This document shows, in pieces, positions 1 through 9,429 of a stretch of DNA of 64,000 bases. Numbering within the stretch: the stretch's first letter is position 1; each line of letters begins with the position of its first letter. Under the pieces are notes generated by a model. It saw only the letters and a program-made list of their open reading frames with translations. It made no database searches and had not been told where the DNA came from. The translations under genes were made by a program, and so were the position numbers. Source of the DNA: Dehalococcoidia bacterium (lineage in GTDB: Bacteria; Chloroflexota; Dehalococcoidia; UBA2979); the NCBI GenBank assembly GCA_003599735.1, contig QZJI01000016.1:1923-65922 (forward strand), written 5' to 3'.

Positions 1-2
1 AA

Positions 3-536
3 ACAGCGCCACCCTCTGGTCTGCCGCCCAGCACCGACGGCGGTTCCGTCGATGTGGACGCGAAGACATTGCGTCCGCTTGCGGGCACGCGTCAGATCGC
101 GCGGCGCGAAGGCGACATCGCGCCGGTGGATGGCTACACATGGACGTACGGCGAGGTCAGCGGGAAGGACGTGTTGCGCAGCACCGCGATCAGGTACGGG
201 AAATCGCCGTCTCTGAAGGAGATCACGTTGCGCGACCACTACTACGACAACGAGACCTCGCTCTGGCTCTGGCGCACGCTGGACTTCGCGGAAGGCTACA
301 ACCGCTTCTATGTCTCTGCGAACGCCGTGGAACAAGAACAACAGACCGTGAACCTCAGCATCCCCCAGCGCGAGACAATCAACGTGCCTGCGGGGACATT
401 TGAGGCGTGGCGGCTGATCTTCCGCAGCGGCCGCGCGGTGCGCACGGCCTGGGTCAATGTGGACGCTCCGCACGAGGTCGTACGGTGGGACAACGGGGAC
501 GTTATCTTCGAGCTGGAGTCGTCCGGCAAGCGGTAA
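3..536 (+). CDS. hypothetical protein, C-terminal part (ORF open to the window edge)
   Basis: The frame of ORF 54..536 has no stop back to position 3, so the gene probably begins upstream of the window. Codon usage is high in GC3. No family recognised by eye. Confidence 0.5.
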   Translation, partial: TAPPSGLPPSTDGGSVDVDAKTLRPLAGTRQIARREGDIAPVDGYTWTYGEVSGKDVLRSTAIRYGKSPSLKEITLRDHYYDNETSLWLWRTLDFAEGYNRFYVSANAVEQEQQTVNLSIPQRETINVPAGTFEAWRLIFRSGRAVRTAWVNVDAPHEVVRWDNGDVIFELESSGKR

Positions 537-540
537 CGTC

Positions 541-1173
541 CTACGAGCCAGACCACAGGCATCCCGTCTTCGCCGCGCGCGCCTGCTCTTCGAGGGCGAT
601 CAACGCGGTACGCTGTGAGCCATCCTCGCGCCACGCCAACGCCAGCCCTTCGCGCACGAGCGCCGCATCGATTGACTTTCCGCCCGCGGTGTAGACATAG
701 CGCAGTTCGCGCTTAAACGAGTCCTGCAGGCGTGTGTCCGGGATCAGCTGCACCTGCAATCCAGCGAGGGTGCGTGTGCGCTCCGTCGCCTCTCTGAAGC
801 AGCGGTCGCCACGCTCGGGCGTGTCAACGCCGTAGAGGCGTACCCGCAACTCCGTTTCGGCCGCACGGACGTCGATGGTGTCTCCGTCGACAATCTTCAC
901 CACGTCGACCAGCACCGCGCCGGGGAGCAGCGTGATCCCGGTCGGCGGTGTGCTGGTGGCTGTTGAGTTGGACGGGGCTCCTTGGTCAACCTGCTGGAGG
1001 CCCGCCATAACGAGTGAGATCAACGCCACGAGCGAGGCGAGGACGAAGAACACCTTCGAGAGCGACTGCTGACGCATTGCATCGCGCGGGGACAACGTCA
1101 GGCGCTGCGGGCGACGTCGCGCGGGTCGGGTGCGCCCGCCGCCCTTACTGTTAAGCGGCGGGAGGTCAGACAT
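541..1173 (-). CDS. thermonuclease (staphylococcal nuclease-like) family protein, N-terminal membrane anchor
   Basis: SNase core motifs are present: VDGDTIDV and RVRLYGVDTPER. A hydrophobic helix FFVLASLVALISLVMAGL lies near the N-terminus. The ATG at 1173 has a GAAGG Shine-Dalgarno (SD) sequence about 8 nt upstream. Confidence 0.85.
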   Translation of the reverse strand: MSDLPPLNSKGGGRTRPARRRPQRLTLSPRDAMRQQSLSKVFFVLASLVALISLVMAGLQQVDQGAPSNSTATSTPPTGITLLPGAVLVDVVKIVDGDTIDVRAAETELRVRLYGVDTPERGDRCFREATERTRTLAGLQVQLIPDTRLQDSFKRELRYVYTAGGKSIDAALVREGLALAWREDGSQRTALIALEEQARAAKTGCLWSGS

Positions 1174-1771
1174 CCGCCGATGCCTTCGTTGGGCCGAGCC
1201 TAACGAACCCTTCCGTCAGCAGGTCAGAGATATCACCCCACGCGGTGCGAGCCGTGGCAAGTGCGGCGTGGAATGGCTCGACTTCGCCCGCGACGAGGGC
1301 GACCACGCCACCCGCGCGATAGCGGTCGCGTTCTTCGAACGTGGGTCCAGCGGCCGCGTGTCCGGGGAGCGCGTCCACGGCGTGGACGAGATCTCGGATC
1401 TGCCATTCGTACAGGGTGTCCGAGTCGCGCACCGCAAAGACCCAGAGCGCGTCGACAGCCCTTGGTGGTGGGGCGTCTGTCTCCACGCCGGCGCTCCACA
1501 TGCCCTTGATGCATGGGGCGAGGCCGCGCATCACGAACGCCATATGCGGCGGCGAGGCGGCGAATGGCTCCAGCGCCGCGCGCCCATCCAACCAAGTGAC
1601 GGCGACGACGAGGCCCGCGTCCGCACCGCAGAGGACACGTCGCGCACCAGGGGCGCCGTCCATCGCGCGTGCGAGTTCGAGGGCTTGGGTCACGGCCTCA
1701 ATGGGCGCGTCGGGCCGCACCGTCGCGCAGACGACATGGACGACACGCGGTCCGGTAGGCGGTTCGGTCAT
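1166..1771 (-). CDS. Dabb (stress-responsive alpha/beta-barrel) domain protein, apparently two tandem repeats
   Basis: There are two repeats of a VVHVV...W.D..A...F..SPPHMAFV-type pattern typical of Dabb domains. The gene overlaps the downstream nuclease gene by 8 nt. Confidence 0.5.
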   Translation of the reverse strand: MTEPPTGPRVVHVVCATVRPDAPIEAVTQALELARAMDGAPGARRVLCGADAGLVVAVTWLDGRAALEPFAASPPHMAFVMRGLAPCIKGMWSAGVETDAPPPRAVDALWVFAVRDSDTLYEWQIRDLVHAVDALPGHAAAGPTFEERDRYRAGGVVALVAGEVEPFHAALATARTAWGDISDLLTEGFVRLGPTKASADV

Positions 1772-1866
1772 GTGGATAACTGTAGGGCGGGGAGGCGGTC
1801 TGAACTGTGCAGGTGGGTGTCGTTAAGAGACATAAATATCACTATGCGGCGGTATACTCGCTGCCC

Positions 1867-4728
1867 ATGACGCCTGCTCGCGCATCGACCGCTGCACCAG
1901 CTGTTGCCTCTTCGCCTGCGGCGGGGGAGGGCGGCGCACGACCGCTGCTAGTGCTCCTCGACTCGCACGGGATCATTTTCCGGTCGTATTTCGCGCTGCG
2001 GGATGTGCTCACGGTGAGACACACAGGCGAGCCGATCGCGGCGGTCTTCGGTTACGCGAACACACTGCTTTCCGTGCTGACTGAACTGCACCCGACGTAT
2101 GTCATCGCCGCGTGGGACGCCTCCGAACAGACCTTCCGCAAGGAGAAGGACGAGCGATACAAGGCGCACCGCGAGGCTGTCCCGGACGACCTGATTCCGC
2201 AGTTCGGTCGCGTGCGTTCGATGCTGGACGCGTTTCGCATCCCCGTTGTCGAAAAGGCGGGCTACGAAGCGGACGACGTCCTCGGGACACTGGCGGCTCA
2301 GGCGCACGAACGTGGGTTGGATGTGGTCATCGTGACGCTGGACACGGACATCGTGCAGCTGGTGCAGCCGGGCGTGCGGGTCTGGATGTACCGCCCATAC
2401 CAACGTGACTACGTGATGTACGACACCGAGGCGGTCCTCGGACGGTGGGGATTCGAGCCGGAGCGGATGGTCGACTACAAGGCGCTGACGGGTGACACCT
2501 CGGACAACATTCCCGGGGTGAAGGGGATTGGCGAGAAGGGTGCCAAGGCGCTCATCGCCCAGTACGGCACCATCGATGAGATGCTGGCGCACATCGAAGA
2601 GATCGAACCGAAGCGGACGCGCACCGCGCTTGAACAGGGCGCCGCCGACGCGATTCACTCGCGCGAGATGGCGACCATCGTGCGCGATGTACCCGACGTC
2701 ACGCTCGACCTCGATGCCGCGCTTCTGCGTGACTACGACCGAGGACGCGTCGAGGAGTTGTTTCGCGAACTCGAATTCCGTTCGCTGATCCCCCGACTCC
2801 CGGCCGGGCGGCTCATCGACGCGCCGGTGGAGGACGAGGTCCCGCCGACCGGGTCGCCTCCCGCCCCCGCCATCGAAGGGACGTATGAGATTGTGCGCGA
2901 CGCCGCTGGGCTGGCACGCGTCGTCACCGCGGTGCGCGCTTCACGGAACATGGCGATTGAGGTGATCGCGGACGCGAGCCACCCGATGCGCGCGGCGGAC
3001 ACGCTGGTCGGTATCGCAATCAGTCCGGCTGGAGGCGTCGCCTTCTACGCCCCGTTTGGACATCATGCGTCGGGCCAGGGATCGTTGATGGGCGACGGCC
3101 CGAGCGCCCCCGCGCAGCTGGAGCGCGCGCAGGTGTTTGAGGCGCTTGCCCCACTCTTCGTCGACCCCTCGATCCGCCGGGCGGGACACGACGTGAAGTT
3201 CGCGGCGATCGCGCTGGCGGAGGCTGACCCCCGGCTCGAGATCCGCGGCATCGACTTCGACACACAGGTCGCCGCGTACCTCCTTGGCGACTCCAACATG
3301 TCGCTGGCGAGGGTGGCGCACACGCGTCTGGAGATGGAACTCCCTGAGCCCGAGACAGTCATCGGGAAGGGCGCGAAGGCGATCGAGTTCTCAGCGGCGT
3401 CGGTCGAGGCAGTCGGCGCGTACGCAACCGCGAATGTGGATGCCGTCCAGCGAGCCACTCGGGTCCTGCGCGCGGAACTCGAGCGCGACCACCTCGACGG
3501 TGTGTTCCGCGACATCGACCTGCCGCATGTGTCAGTGCTGGCGCGTATGGAGCGATTCGGCGTCGCGCTCGACATCGATGTGTTGCACGAGATGGAGCGT
3601 GACCTCTCAGGCCGCATCACGATGGCCGAACGCGCGGTGTACGACGCTGTGGGGCACGAGGTGAAGATCGGATCGCCGCTTGAGCTTTCCGCGTTGCTGT
3701 TCGAGGAACTTGGCCTCCCGAAGACACGCAAGACTAAGACGGGATACACAACGGACGCTGACGCGTTGGAGCCGCTGCGGCCGTTGCATCCCGTCGTCGA
3801 TGCGATTTTGAACTGGCGCGAATTGACGAAGATCAAATCGACGTACGTGGACACGCTGCCGTCGCAGGTGAACCCGCGGACAGGGCGCGTGCATTCGGTG
3901 TTCTCGCAGGTGACGGCGGCAACCGGCCGGCTTTCATCGAACGACCCGAACCTGCAGAACATCCCCGTCCGCACGGAGGCTGGCAACCTGGTGCGCCGAG
4001 CCTTCGTCGCGCGCGACTGTGGCGACGATCCGGTACTGCTTTCTGTTGACTATTCCCAGATTGAACTGCGAGTCCTCGCGCATATTGCCAAGGACGAGGA
4101 GTTGCGGGCGGCGTTCCTCGCGAAGAAGGACATCCACCGCTCGACAGCGGCGCGCGTGTTCAAGAAACCGGAGTCCGAGGTCACCTCGGAGGACCGCAGG
4201 CGCGCCAAGGTTTTCAACTTCGGCGTGCTATACGGCCTGACCGCCTTTGGTATGTCGACTCGCGAGGGCATCCCGCGTGACGAGGCGGAGGCGTTCATCG
4301 CCGGCTACTTCGCCGCGTATCCGAGCGTGAAGGAATGGCGTGAGTCGACCGTCGAGGAGGCGCGCAGTCGTGGTTATGCCGAGACGCTCACGGGCCGGCG
4401 TCGCTACATTCCGGAACTGCGCTCGCAGAATCGAGTGGTGCGCCAGGCCGCGGAACGCATGGCGATGAACATGCCGATCCAGGGCACGGCGAGCGACATC
4501 ATCAAGATCGCGATGAACCGCATCGACCTCGAACTGGCGACGCGCCGCGAGCGGGGTGCTCGGGCTCGCATGATTCTCCAGGTCCACGACGAACTGATCT
4601 TCGAACTCCCGCGCGCTGAGCTCGACGAGGTCCGCGAGGTTGCGCACCGGCTGATGCCGTCGATCGAGCTAGTGGTGCCGCTCGACCTCGAGGAGAAGGT
4701 GGGCACGAACTGGGGCGCACTCGAATAA
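1867..4728 (+). CDS. polA: DNA polymerase I
   Basis: The 5'-3' exonuclease region carries TGDTSDNIPGVKGIGEKGA. Family A polymerase motifs DYSQIELRVLAH and QVHDELIFE are present. ATG 1867 is preferred over GTG 1807 because the first 20 codons of the longer ORF have poor GC3. Confidence 0.95.
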   Translation: MTPARASTAAPAVASSPAAGEGGARPLLVLLDSHGIIFRSYFALRDVLTVRHTGEPIAAVFGYANTLLSVLTELHPTYVIAAWDASEQTFRKEKDERYKAHREAVPDDLIPQFGRVRSMLDAFRIPVVEKAGYEADDVLGTLAAQAHERGLDVVIVTLDTDIVQLVQPGVRVWMYRPYQRDYVMYDTEAVLGRWGFEPERMVDYKALTGDTSDNIPGVKGIGEKGAKALIAQYGTIDEMLAHIEEIEPKRTRTALEQGAADAIHSREMATIVRDVPDVTLDLDAALLRDYDRGRVEELFRELEFRSLIPRLPAGRLIDAPVEDEVPPTGSPPAPAIEGTYEIVRDAAGLARVVTAVRASRNMAIEVIADASHPMRAADTLVGIAISPAGGVAFYAPFGHHASGQGSLMGDGPSAPAQLERAQVFEALAPLFVDPSIRRAGHDVKFAAIALAEADPRLEIRGIDFDTQVAAYLLGDSNMSLARVAHTRLEMELPEPETVIGKGAKAIEFSAASVEAVGAYATANVDAVQRATRVLRAELERDHLDGVFRDIDLPHVSVLARMERFGVALDIDVLHEMERDLSGRITMAERAVYDAVGHEVKIGSPLELSALLFEELGLPKTRKTKTGYTTDADALEPLRPLHPVVDAILNWRELTKIKSTYVDTLPSQVNPRTGRVHSVFSQVTAATGRLSSNDPNLQNIPVRTEAGNLVRRAFVARDCGDDPVLLSVDYSQIELRVLAHIAKDEELRAAFLAKKDIHRSTAARVFKKPESEVTSEDRRRAKVFNFGVLYGLTAFGMSTREGIPRDEAEAFIAGYFAAYPSVKEWRESTVEEARSRGYAETLTGRRRYIPELRSQNRVVRQAAERMAMNMPIQGTASDIIKIAMNRIDLELATRRERGARARMILQVHDELIFELPRAELDEVREVAHRLMPSIELVVPLDLEEKVGTNWGALE

Positions 4729-4748
4729 GGCTGTGGGGTGGGTGCAAC

Positions 4749-5570
4749 GTGCCTGAATTGCCCGAGGTCGAAACGATCCGCCGCGACCTCACGCCGTTGC
4801 TTGTCGGCCGTCGCGTTGCCCGCGTCCGCATCCACGCGGGCGGCGAACGCCTCGCGGTGACCGATCCGCCGAGGACGCTCGAACGGCGCCTGCAGGGGAG
4901 GGGAGTGGTCGCGATCGGCCGCCAGGGGAAGTACCTGCTACTCCGACTGGATGACGGGCTGACCTGGGTCATTCATCTCCGGATGACCGGCTCGATCGTC
5001 CATGCGCTTGCCGATGCGCCCCCAGGCCGGTTTGAACGTGCCCGAATCGACCTCGACGACGGTGCCACGCTGCGCTTTAACGACCTCCGCAAGTTCGGGA
5101 CGTGGCACCTCGTTGAGGACGCTGCCGAGGCGATGCCGCACAGCGGCCCGGACGCGTTATCCGAGGCATTTACCCCGGAGTGGCTGCTCTCGCGGCTTCG
5201 AGGCCGCCAGACTTCAGTTAAAGCTGTCTTGCTGGATCAGTCGGTTTGCGCCGGTGTCGGCAACATCTACGCCGACGAGGCGTGCTGGATCGCCTCAATC
5301 GACCCGCGTACCGAGGCGTCGCGGGTTGGTCTGACACGCGCGAAGCGGCTCCACGCGGCCGTGCTGGAGACACTGCGCGCTTCGCTGGCGGACCGCGGCT
5401 CTTCGTTCAGCGACTATCGCGATGGCCTTGGCGCGGAGGGCCTCCATCATGTTCGAGTCCACGTCTTTCGCCGTGAAGGCCAGCCGTGTGAGCGCTGTGG
5501 CGCCGCCATCCTCAAAGCTCGGGTTGCTGGCCGGGGTACCCACTTCTGCCCCCGTTGCCAGCGGAAATAG
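4749..5570 (+). CDS. mutM: formamidopyrimidine-DNA glycosylase
   Basis: N-terminal MPELPEVE catalytic signature. C-terminal zinc finger CERCGAAILKARVAGRGTHFCPRCQ. Confidence 0.93.
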   Translation: MPELPEVETIRRDLTPLLVGRRVARVRIHAGGERLAVTDPPRTLERRLQGRGVVAIGRQGKYLLLRLDDGLTWVIHLRMTGSIVHALADAPPGRFERARIDLDDGATLRFNDLRKFGTWHLVEDAAEAMPHSGPDALSEAFTPEWLLSRLRGRQTSVKAVLLDQSVCAGVGNIYADEACWIASIDPRTEASRVGLTRAKRLHAAVLETLRASLADRGSSFSDYRDGLGAEGLHHVRVHVFRREGQPCERCGAAILKARVAGRGTHFCPRCQRK

Positions 5571-5675
5571 CCTTCCAGATTGTTTGTTAGACATAACAGA
5601 GATAGTGCGAAGTTGAGTCGGTAGGAGGACTCCGGAGCCTGGCCTGTCACCCCCGCTAGCAAGCGGAGAGACCCC

Positions 5676-5859
5676 ATGGCGAAGCGCCCGCAGATCTACA
5701 ACCGCCTCGGCCTGAAGGCCGTCAGCGCCGACAACACCGTCACCCTACGGCCCGATCCCCCTCATCAAGCGCGCGCAGCTGCGGCTCGACGGCTCCACCG
5801 TCCCGTTGTCGTGGATCAAAACCAGCGCGCGTCCCGCACTCAGCGCCCGGTGTACGTGA
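5676..5859 (+). pseudogene. small ORF apparently interrupted by a +1 frameshift near 5745-5749
   Basis: GGAGAG SD then ATG 5676. The first 23 codons have near-100 percent GC3 (MAKRPQIYNRLGLKAVSADNTVT). High GC3 then moves to the +1 frame (GPIPLIKRAQLRLDGSTVPLSWIKTSARPALSARCT, stop 5857-5859), which is closed upstream by TGA 5713-5715. Confidence 0.35.
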
Positions 5860-5986
5860 ATCTCAACGGCACAGCACACTGGAGAATCCTAACTGACGCG
5901 ACAGGTGAATTTGGATGATTAAGTTACGTCGAATTAGCAATGATGCGATGCTCGTGGCTTTATGCCTATCTGACACGGTATTGAGA

Positions 5987-6460
5987 TCACGAGCCGCCCC
6001 GGAGGTGCTTCAGCACCTGCTCCCCGTGGCCTTCGGCGGTGGCCCGTTTCCAGACCTTCGTCAACCGCCCGTCCGGGCCAATGACGAAGGTTGAGCGGGT
6101 CATCCCGATGCTGTGCTTGCCGTACAGCACCTTGTCGCCCCAGGAGCCGTAGGCGATCGCGACCTTCGCGTCTGCATCGACGAGCAGCGGGAATGGCAGC
6201 CCGTAGTGGGCGGCGAACTTCTGGTGGGAGGCCGCATCGTCCGTAGAGACGCCGAGGACCACCGCCCCAGTCGCCAGAATCTCGCCGTGGTGGTCCCGGA
6301 AGGAGCAGGCCTCTTTGACGCAGCCGGGTGTCTCGTCCTTCGGGTAGAAGTAGAGGACGACCGTCTTGCCCCGGTAGTCGGCAAGGCGGTGAGTCTTTCC
6401 ATCCTGATCCTTCAGGGTGAACGCGGGTGCCTGTTCTCCTGTCTCCAGCGTCACTGTCAT
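5987..6460 (-). CDS. bcp: thiol peroxidase / peroxiredoxin Bcp
   Basis: Active-site block FYPKDETPGCVKEAC. ATG 6460 has a GGGGAGG SD 7 nt upstream, so the 15-codon N-terminal extension in the track was rejected. Confidence 0.9.
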   Translation of the reverse strand: MTVTLETGEQAPAFTLKDQDGKTHRLADYRGKTVVLYFYPKDETPGCVKEACSFRDHHGEILATGAVVLGVSTDDAASHQKFAAHYGLPFPLLVDADAKVAIAYGSWGDKVLYGKHSIGMTRSTFVIGPDGRLTKVWKRATAEGHGEQVLKHLRGGS

Positions 6461-6600
6461 GGTGGGCCTCCCCTGCCTGCGAGCCGTTGATGAGATACGC
6501 AGCATGCCACCGCCGGGCGACGGCGCGCGAGGTCGGCGCTATGTTCGCTATGTTGGGGCACGCCTCGCGGGGAATCGAGGCACCAGTGAATGAGGGAACG

Positions 6601-7452
6601 ATGACCACTGCCGTCGAACCGGCCCACCAGACTGCGACCATGAACGGCCTGCTTTTGCATTATGTCGAATACCCCTCCCCTCGCGTCAGCGCGCCGGTGA
6701 TGCTGTTTCTCCACGGCCTCACAAGCGTCTGGGGCTCGTGGCGTCGCGTCGCGGAGCATTTCGCCGCTGACTACCATGTCTACCTGCTCGAACAGCGCGG
6801 GCACGGCGACTCGGAGTGGGCGCCCGCCGACCGGTATCGCACGGAGGACTACCTCGCCGACCTTGAGGTGTTTGTAGACCAGATGGGGTTCCAGCGGCTC
6901 ATCCTGGTGGGCCAGTCGATGGGCGGACACCACACCATCGCGTACACGGCAAAGCACCCGGATCGCATCATCTCCGCGCTCGCGAATGACATCCCTCCCG
7001 CGCTGAACCTCGACGTACCCGACCGCCTGGCGAATCAAGAAAAGCAATACCCCGGCGGGAAGCACCGCGTCTTTGCGACGCCGGCGGAATGGACAGAGAC
7101 GCGCCGCCCAACGGCGCCGCTGACGCCAGAATGGGCGCATGCACTCATGGAGCGCGAGGCCCTGAAGCAGGTTCCCGGCGGCTGGTCACCGAAACACGAC
7201 CCGAATGCCCCGATGCACTGGCAGCCCGCCGACCTCTGGGATGCCGCACGGACGATCACGCGGCCGATCTTTTTCATCCGAGGTGGGCGATCGCAGGTGC
7301 TGTCCGCGCAAGCGCTCCAGGACATGGACATGGCGATTCCGACGGCGCGCTCCGTGACGCTGGAGAAAGCCGGCCATTCGACGTACCACGACATGGAGCG
7401 CGAATGGATCACCATCGCCTCCGCGTTCTTCGCGGCACACGCGTCCGCGTAA
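6601..7452 (+). CDS. alpha/beta hydrolase fold protein
   Basis: HGLTS oxyanion region, nucleophile elbow GQSMGG and a C-terminal GHSTYHD histidine. ATG 6601 is preceded by a GAGGGA SD. The upstream part of ORF 6427 overlaps bcp on the other strand. Confidence 0.85.
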   Translation: MTTAVEPAHQTATMNGLLLHYVEYPSPRVSAPVMLFLHGLTSVWGSWRRVAEHFAADYHVYLLEQRGHGDSEWAPADRYRTEDYLADLEVFVDQMGFQRLILVGQSMGGHHTIAYTAKHPDRIISALANDIPPALNLDVPDRLANQEKQYPGGKHRVFATPAEWTETRRPTAPLTPEWAHALMEREALKQVPGGWSPKHDPNAPMHWQPADLWDAARTITRPIFFIRGGRSQVLSAQALQDMDMAIPTARSVTLEKAGHSTYHDMEREWITIASAFFAAHASA

Positions 7453-7473
7453 CAGGCAGGCGAGGGTAAACCC

Positions 7474-8769
7474 ATGGCATGGAGCGGATCGAGGCCGGGC
7501 GGTGCGCCCGCGGTCGGCGGCTCGCGCTGGGGTGCGCTCTCGTCCGGGCCCTTCCGTCTCTACTGGGTCGCGATGTTCTCACGTGTCTTTGGTTTGCAGT
7601 TCCGCTTCATCGGCACGGGCTGGCTCGTCGCCTCGAAGGACGGGCTCGACATGGACCCGCTCTGGATCGGGATCGTCGCCATATCCTCGGCGGTCCCTAC
7701 CATCGTGCTCAGTGTCCCGGCGGGCATCCTGGCGGACCGGTACGAGCACCGAAAGATCCTGTTCTGGTCGCAGAGCCTGACGGCCGTCTCCAGTTTCGCA
7801 CTTGCGCTTGCGGTCATCGGCGGCGTTGTGAACATCTGGATGGTGATCGCGTGGGGCGTCTTCACCGGCGCCCTGGCGGCACTGGCCAACCCTGCCTATA
7901 GCGCGATTCTGCCGAGGTTGATCGATATGCGTTCGATGGCGAGCGCGGTGGCGATGGTGTCCACGGTGTGGAACACGATGCGGGTGGTGGGGCCCGCGGC
8001 GGCCGGGGTGCTGATCGCGGTCATCGGCATCGGCCAGGCGTTTTTTGTGACGGCGGCCGGGTTCGCCCTTTCCACCCTCCTACTGCAGATGGTCACGTTG
8101 AAGCCGGTCGCACCTCGGCCGGCCGGACCGGACGGCGGAATGCTCGAAGGCATCCGGCACATCGCGCGGGAGCCGATTTTCCTCGCGACGATCGGGCTGT
8201 CCTTCTTCACATCGGTATTTGGTGGGTCGTATCAGGCCCTGCTGCCGATCTTCGCTGATGACATCCTCAAGGTCGGACCGACCGGGTTCGGATGGATGGA
8301 GGCCGCGGCGGGCATTGGTGGGTTCCTTGGGACGTTTGCGATCATCCGCATCGGGACCGGTGGCCGTGCCGGGGTGGTGATGTCGGTCGCGGCCGCGCTG
8401 TTCGGGGTGTGCATCGCCGGCTTCGCCTACTCGCGAGTATTCCCGCTGTCGCTTGCCCTGCTCTTCGCGGGCGGCTTTGCCTCTTCGATGTACCTCAACC
8501 TAGGGATGACGACGCTACAGCTGCGTGTGCCGGATGAGCTCCGGGGCCGCGTGATGGGCGTGTGGTCGATGACCTACTTCATGGCGCAGCTGGGGGGCCT
8601 CCCCGCCGGCGCACTGGCCCAGTGGCTGGGTGCTCCGGCAGCCGTCGCCATTGGTGCGCTCTCCGTAACGGCGTTCGCATTGATTGTCCTGGCCTCGGCG
8701 CCGGCACTGCGGCAGATGTCCACGATGGCCGTTGCAGGGACCGCCGGCGCTTCGGGCGGCGGCGGGTAA
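7474..8769 (+). CDS. MFS transporter
   Basis: 431 aa, roughly 12 hydrophobic segments, with an MFS-type GILADRYEHRK loop between TM2 and TM3. Confidence 0.85.
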   Translation: MAWSGSRPGGAPAVGGSRWGALSSGPFRLYWVAMFSRVFGLQFRFIGTGWLVASKDGLDMDPLWIGIVAISSAVPTIVLSVPAGILADRYEHRKILFWSQSLTAVSSFALALAVIGGVVNIWMVIAWGVFTGALAALANPAYSAILPRLIDMRSMASAVAMVSTVWNTMRVVGPAAAGVLIAVIGIGQAFFVTAAGFALSTLLLQMVTLKPVAPRPAGPDGGMLEGIRHIAREPIFLATIGLSFFTSVFGGSYQALLPIFADDILKVGPTGFGWMEAAAGIGGFLGTFAIIRIGTGGRAGVVMSVAAALFGVCIAGFAYSRVFPLSLALLFAGGFASSMYLNLGMTTLQLRVPDELRGRVMGVWSMTYFMAQLGGLPAGALAQWLGAPAAVAIGALSVTAFALIVLASAPALRQMSTMAVAGTAGASGGGG

Positions 8770-8807
8770 TAGTCAGGGCACAACCGCGCCGCGAAATCCC
8801 GACCGAT

Positions 8808-9041
8808 CTACCGGGGAAACGCCACCAGCGAGGTGGTGGACTGGATGCCGTCCAGCGTGCGGATGCGGTCCGCGAGGATGCCCGGGATCTCCTGCAGGGT
8901 GTCCGTCTCGATGACCGCCACGATGTCGTACGGCCCCATCACCTCGTGAACCTCCAGAACGTGCGGCAGTGCCCGGATCTGCTGCGCGACCTTCCGGGTG
9001 GCGCCGGGGTGGGTGACCACGAGGACGAACGCTTTGATCAC
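8808..9041 (-). CDS. Lrp/AsnC ligand-binding (RAM) domain protein, stand-alone (77 aa)
   Basis: IKAFVLVVTHPG...VHEVMGPYDIVAVIETD...L matches the AsnC-type effector domain without an HTH. GTG 9041 follows a GGAGG SD with 5-nt spacing. The longer ORF to 9200 was rejected. Confidence 0.7.
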   Translation of the reverse strand: MIKAFVLVVTHPGATRKVAQQIRALPHVLEVHEVMGPYDIVAVIETDTLQEIPGILADRIRTLDGIQSTTSLVAFPR

Positions 9042-9429
9042 GAGGCCTCCAAGAGCGCACTGGCCTGCCTTGGCGTCGCCTGTGCGGGAGGCCGACATTG
9101 CCGACATTGTAGGAGGGCATCCGAGTACGTCGTAGCCGCCAGATGGTGATGGAAAGCGCAATCTCCATGCCGTGCGCGGGACCGCAGGCACTGTTACCAT
9201 GACCCCCCGTAAGCCTCGAATCGCACCTCGCTCAAGGACGCCTCCCCGCGTCGTTGAGTCTAGGCGCGGCTCAAGCCGATAATGAACGCGGTATGTGTGG
9301 CAGGCTCACGCCTGATGCCGTACCGATGGAGCCACCGCAGACGCGGCCTTGACGTGGCGCTCGGTCGAGGGGGGTCCATCCTCCCCGCTGGCCGATCGCT
9401 ACGGCGGAGCAGGGAAGTCGGATCGCCAC

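Noticed and set aside
5934-6641. 235-aa minus-strand ORF overlapping bcp in another frame
   Set aside because: The bcp frame has the peroxiredoxin active-site motif and a proper SD. The alternative frame is Arg/Pro/Gly-rich with no motifs.
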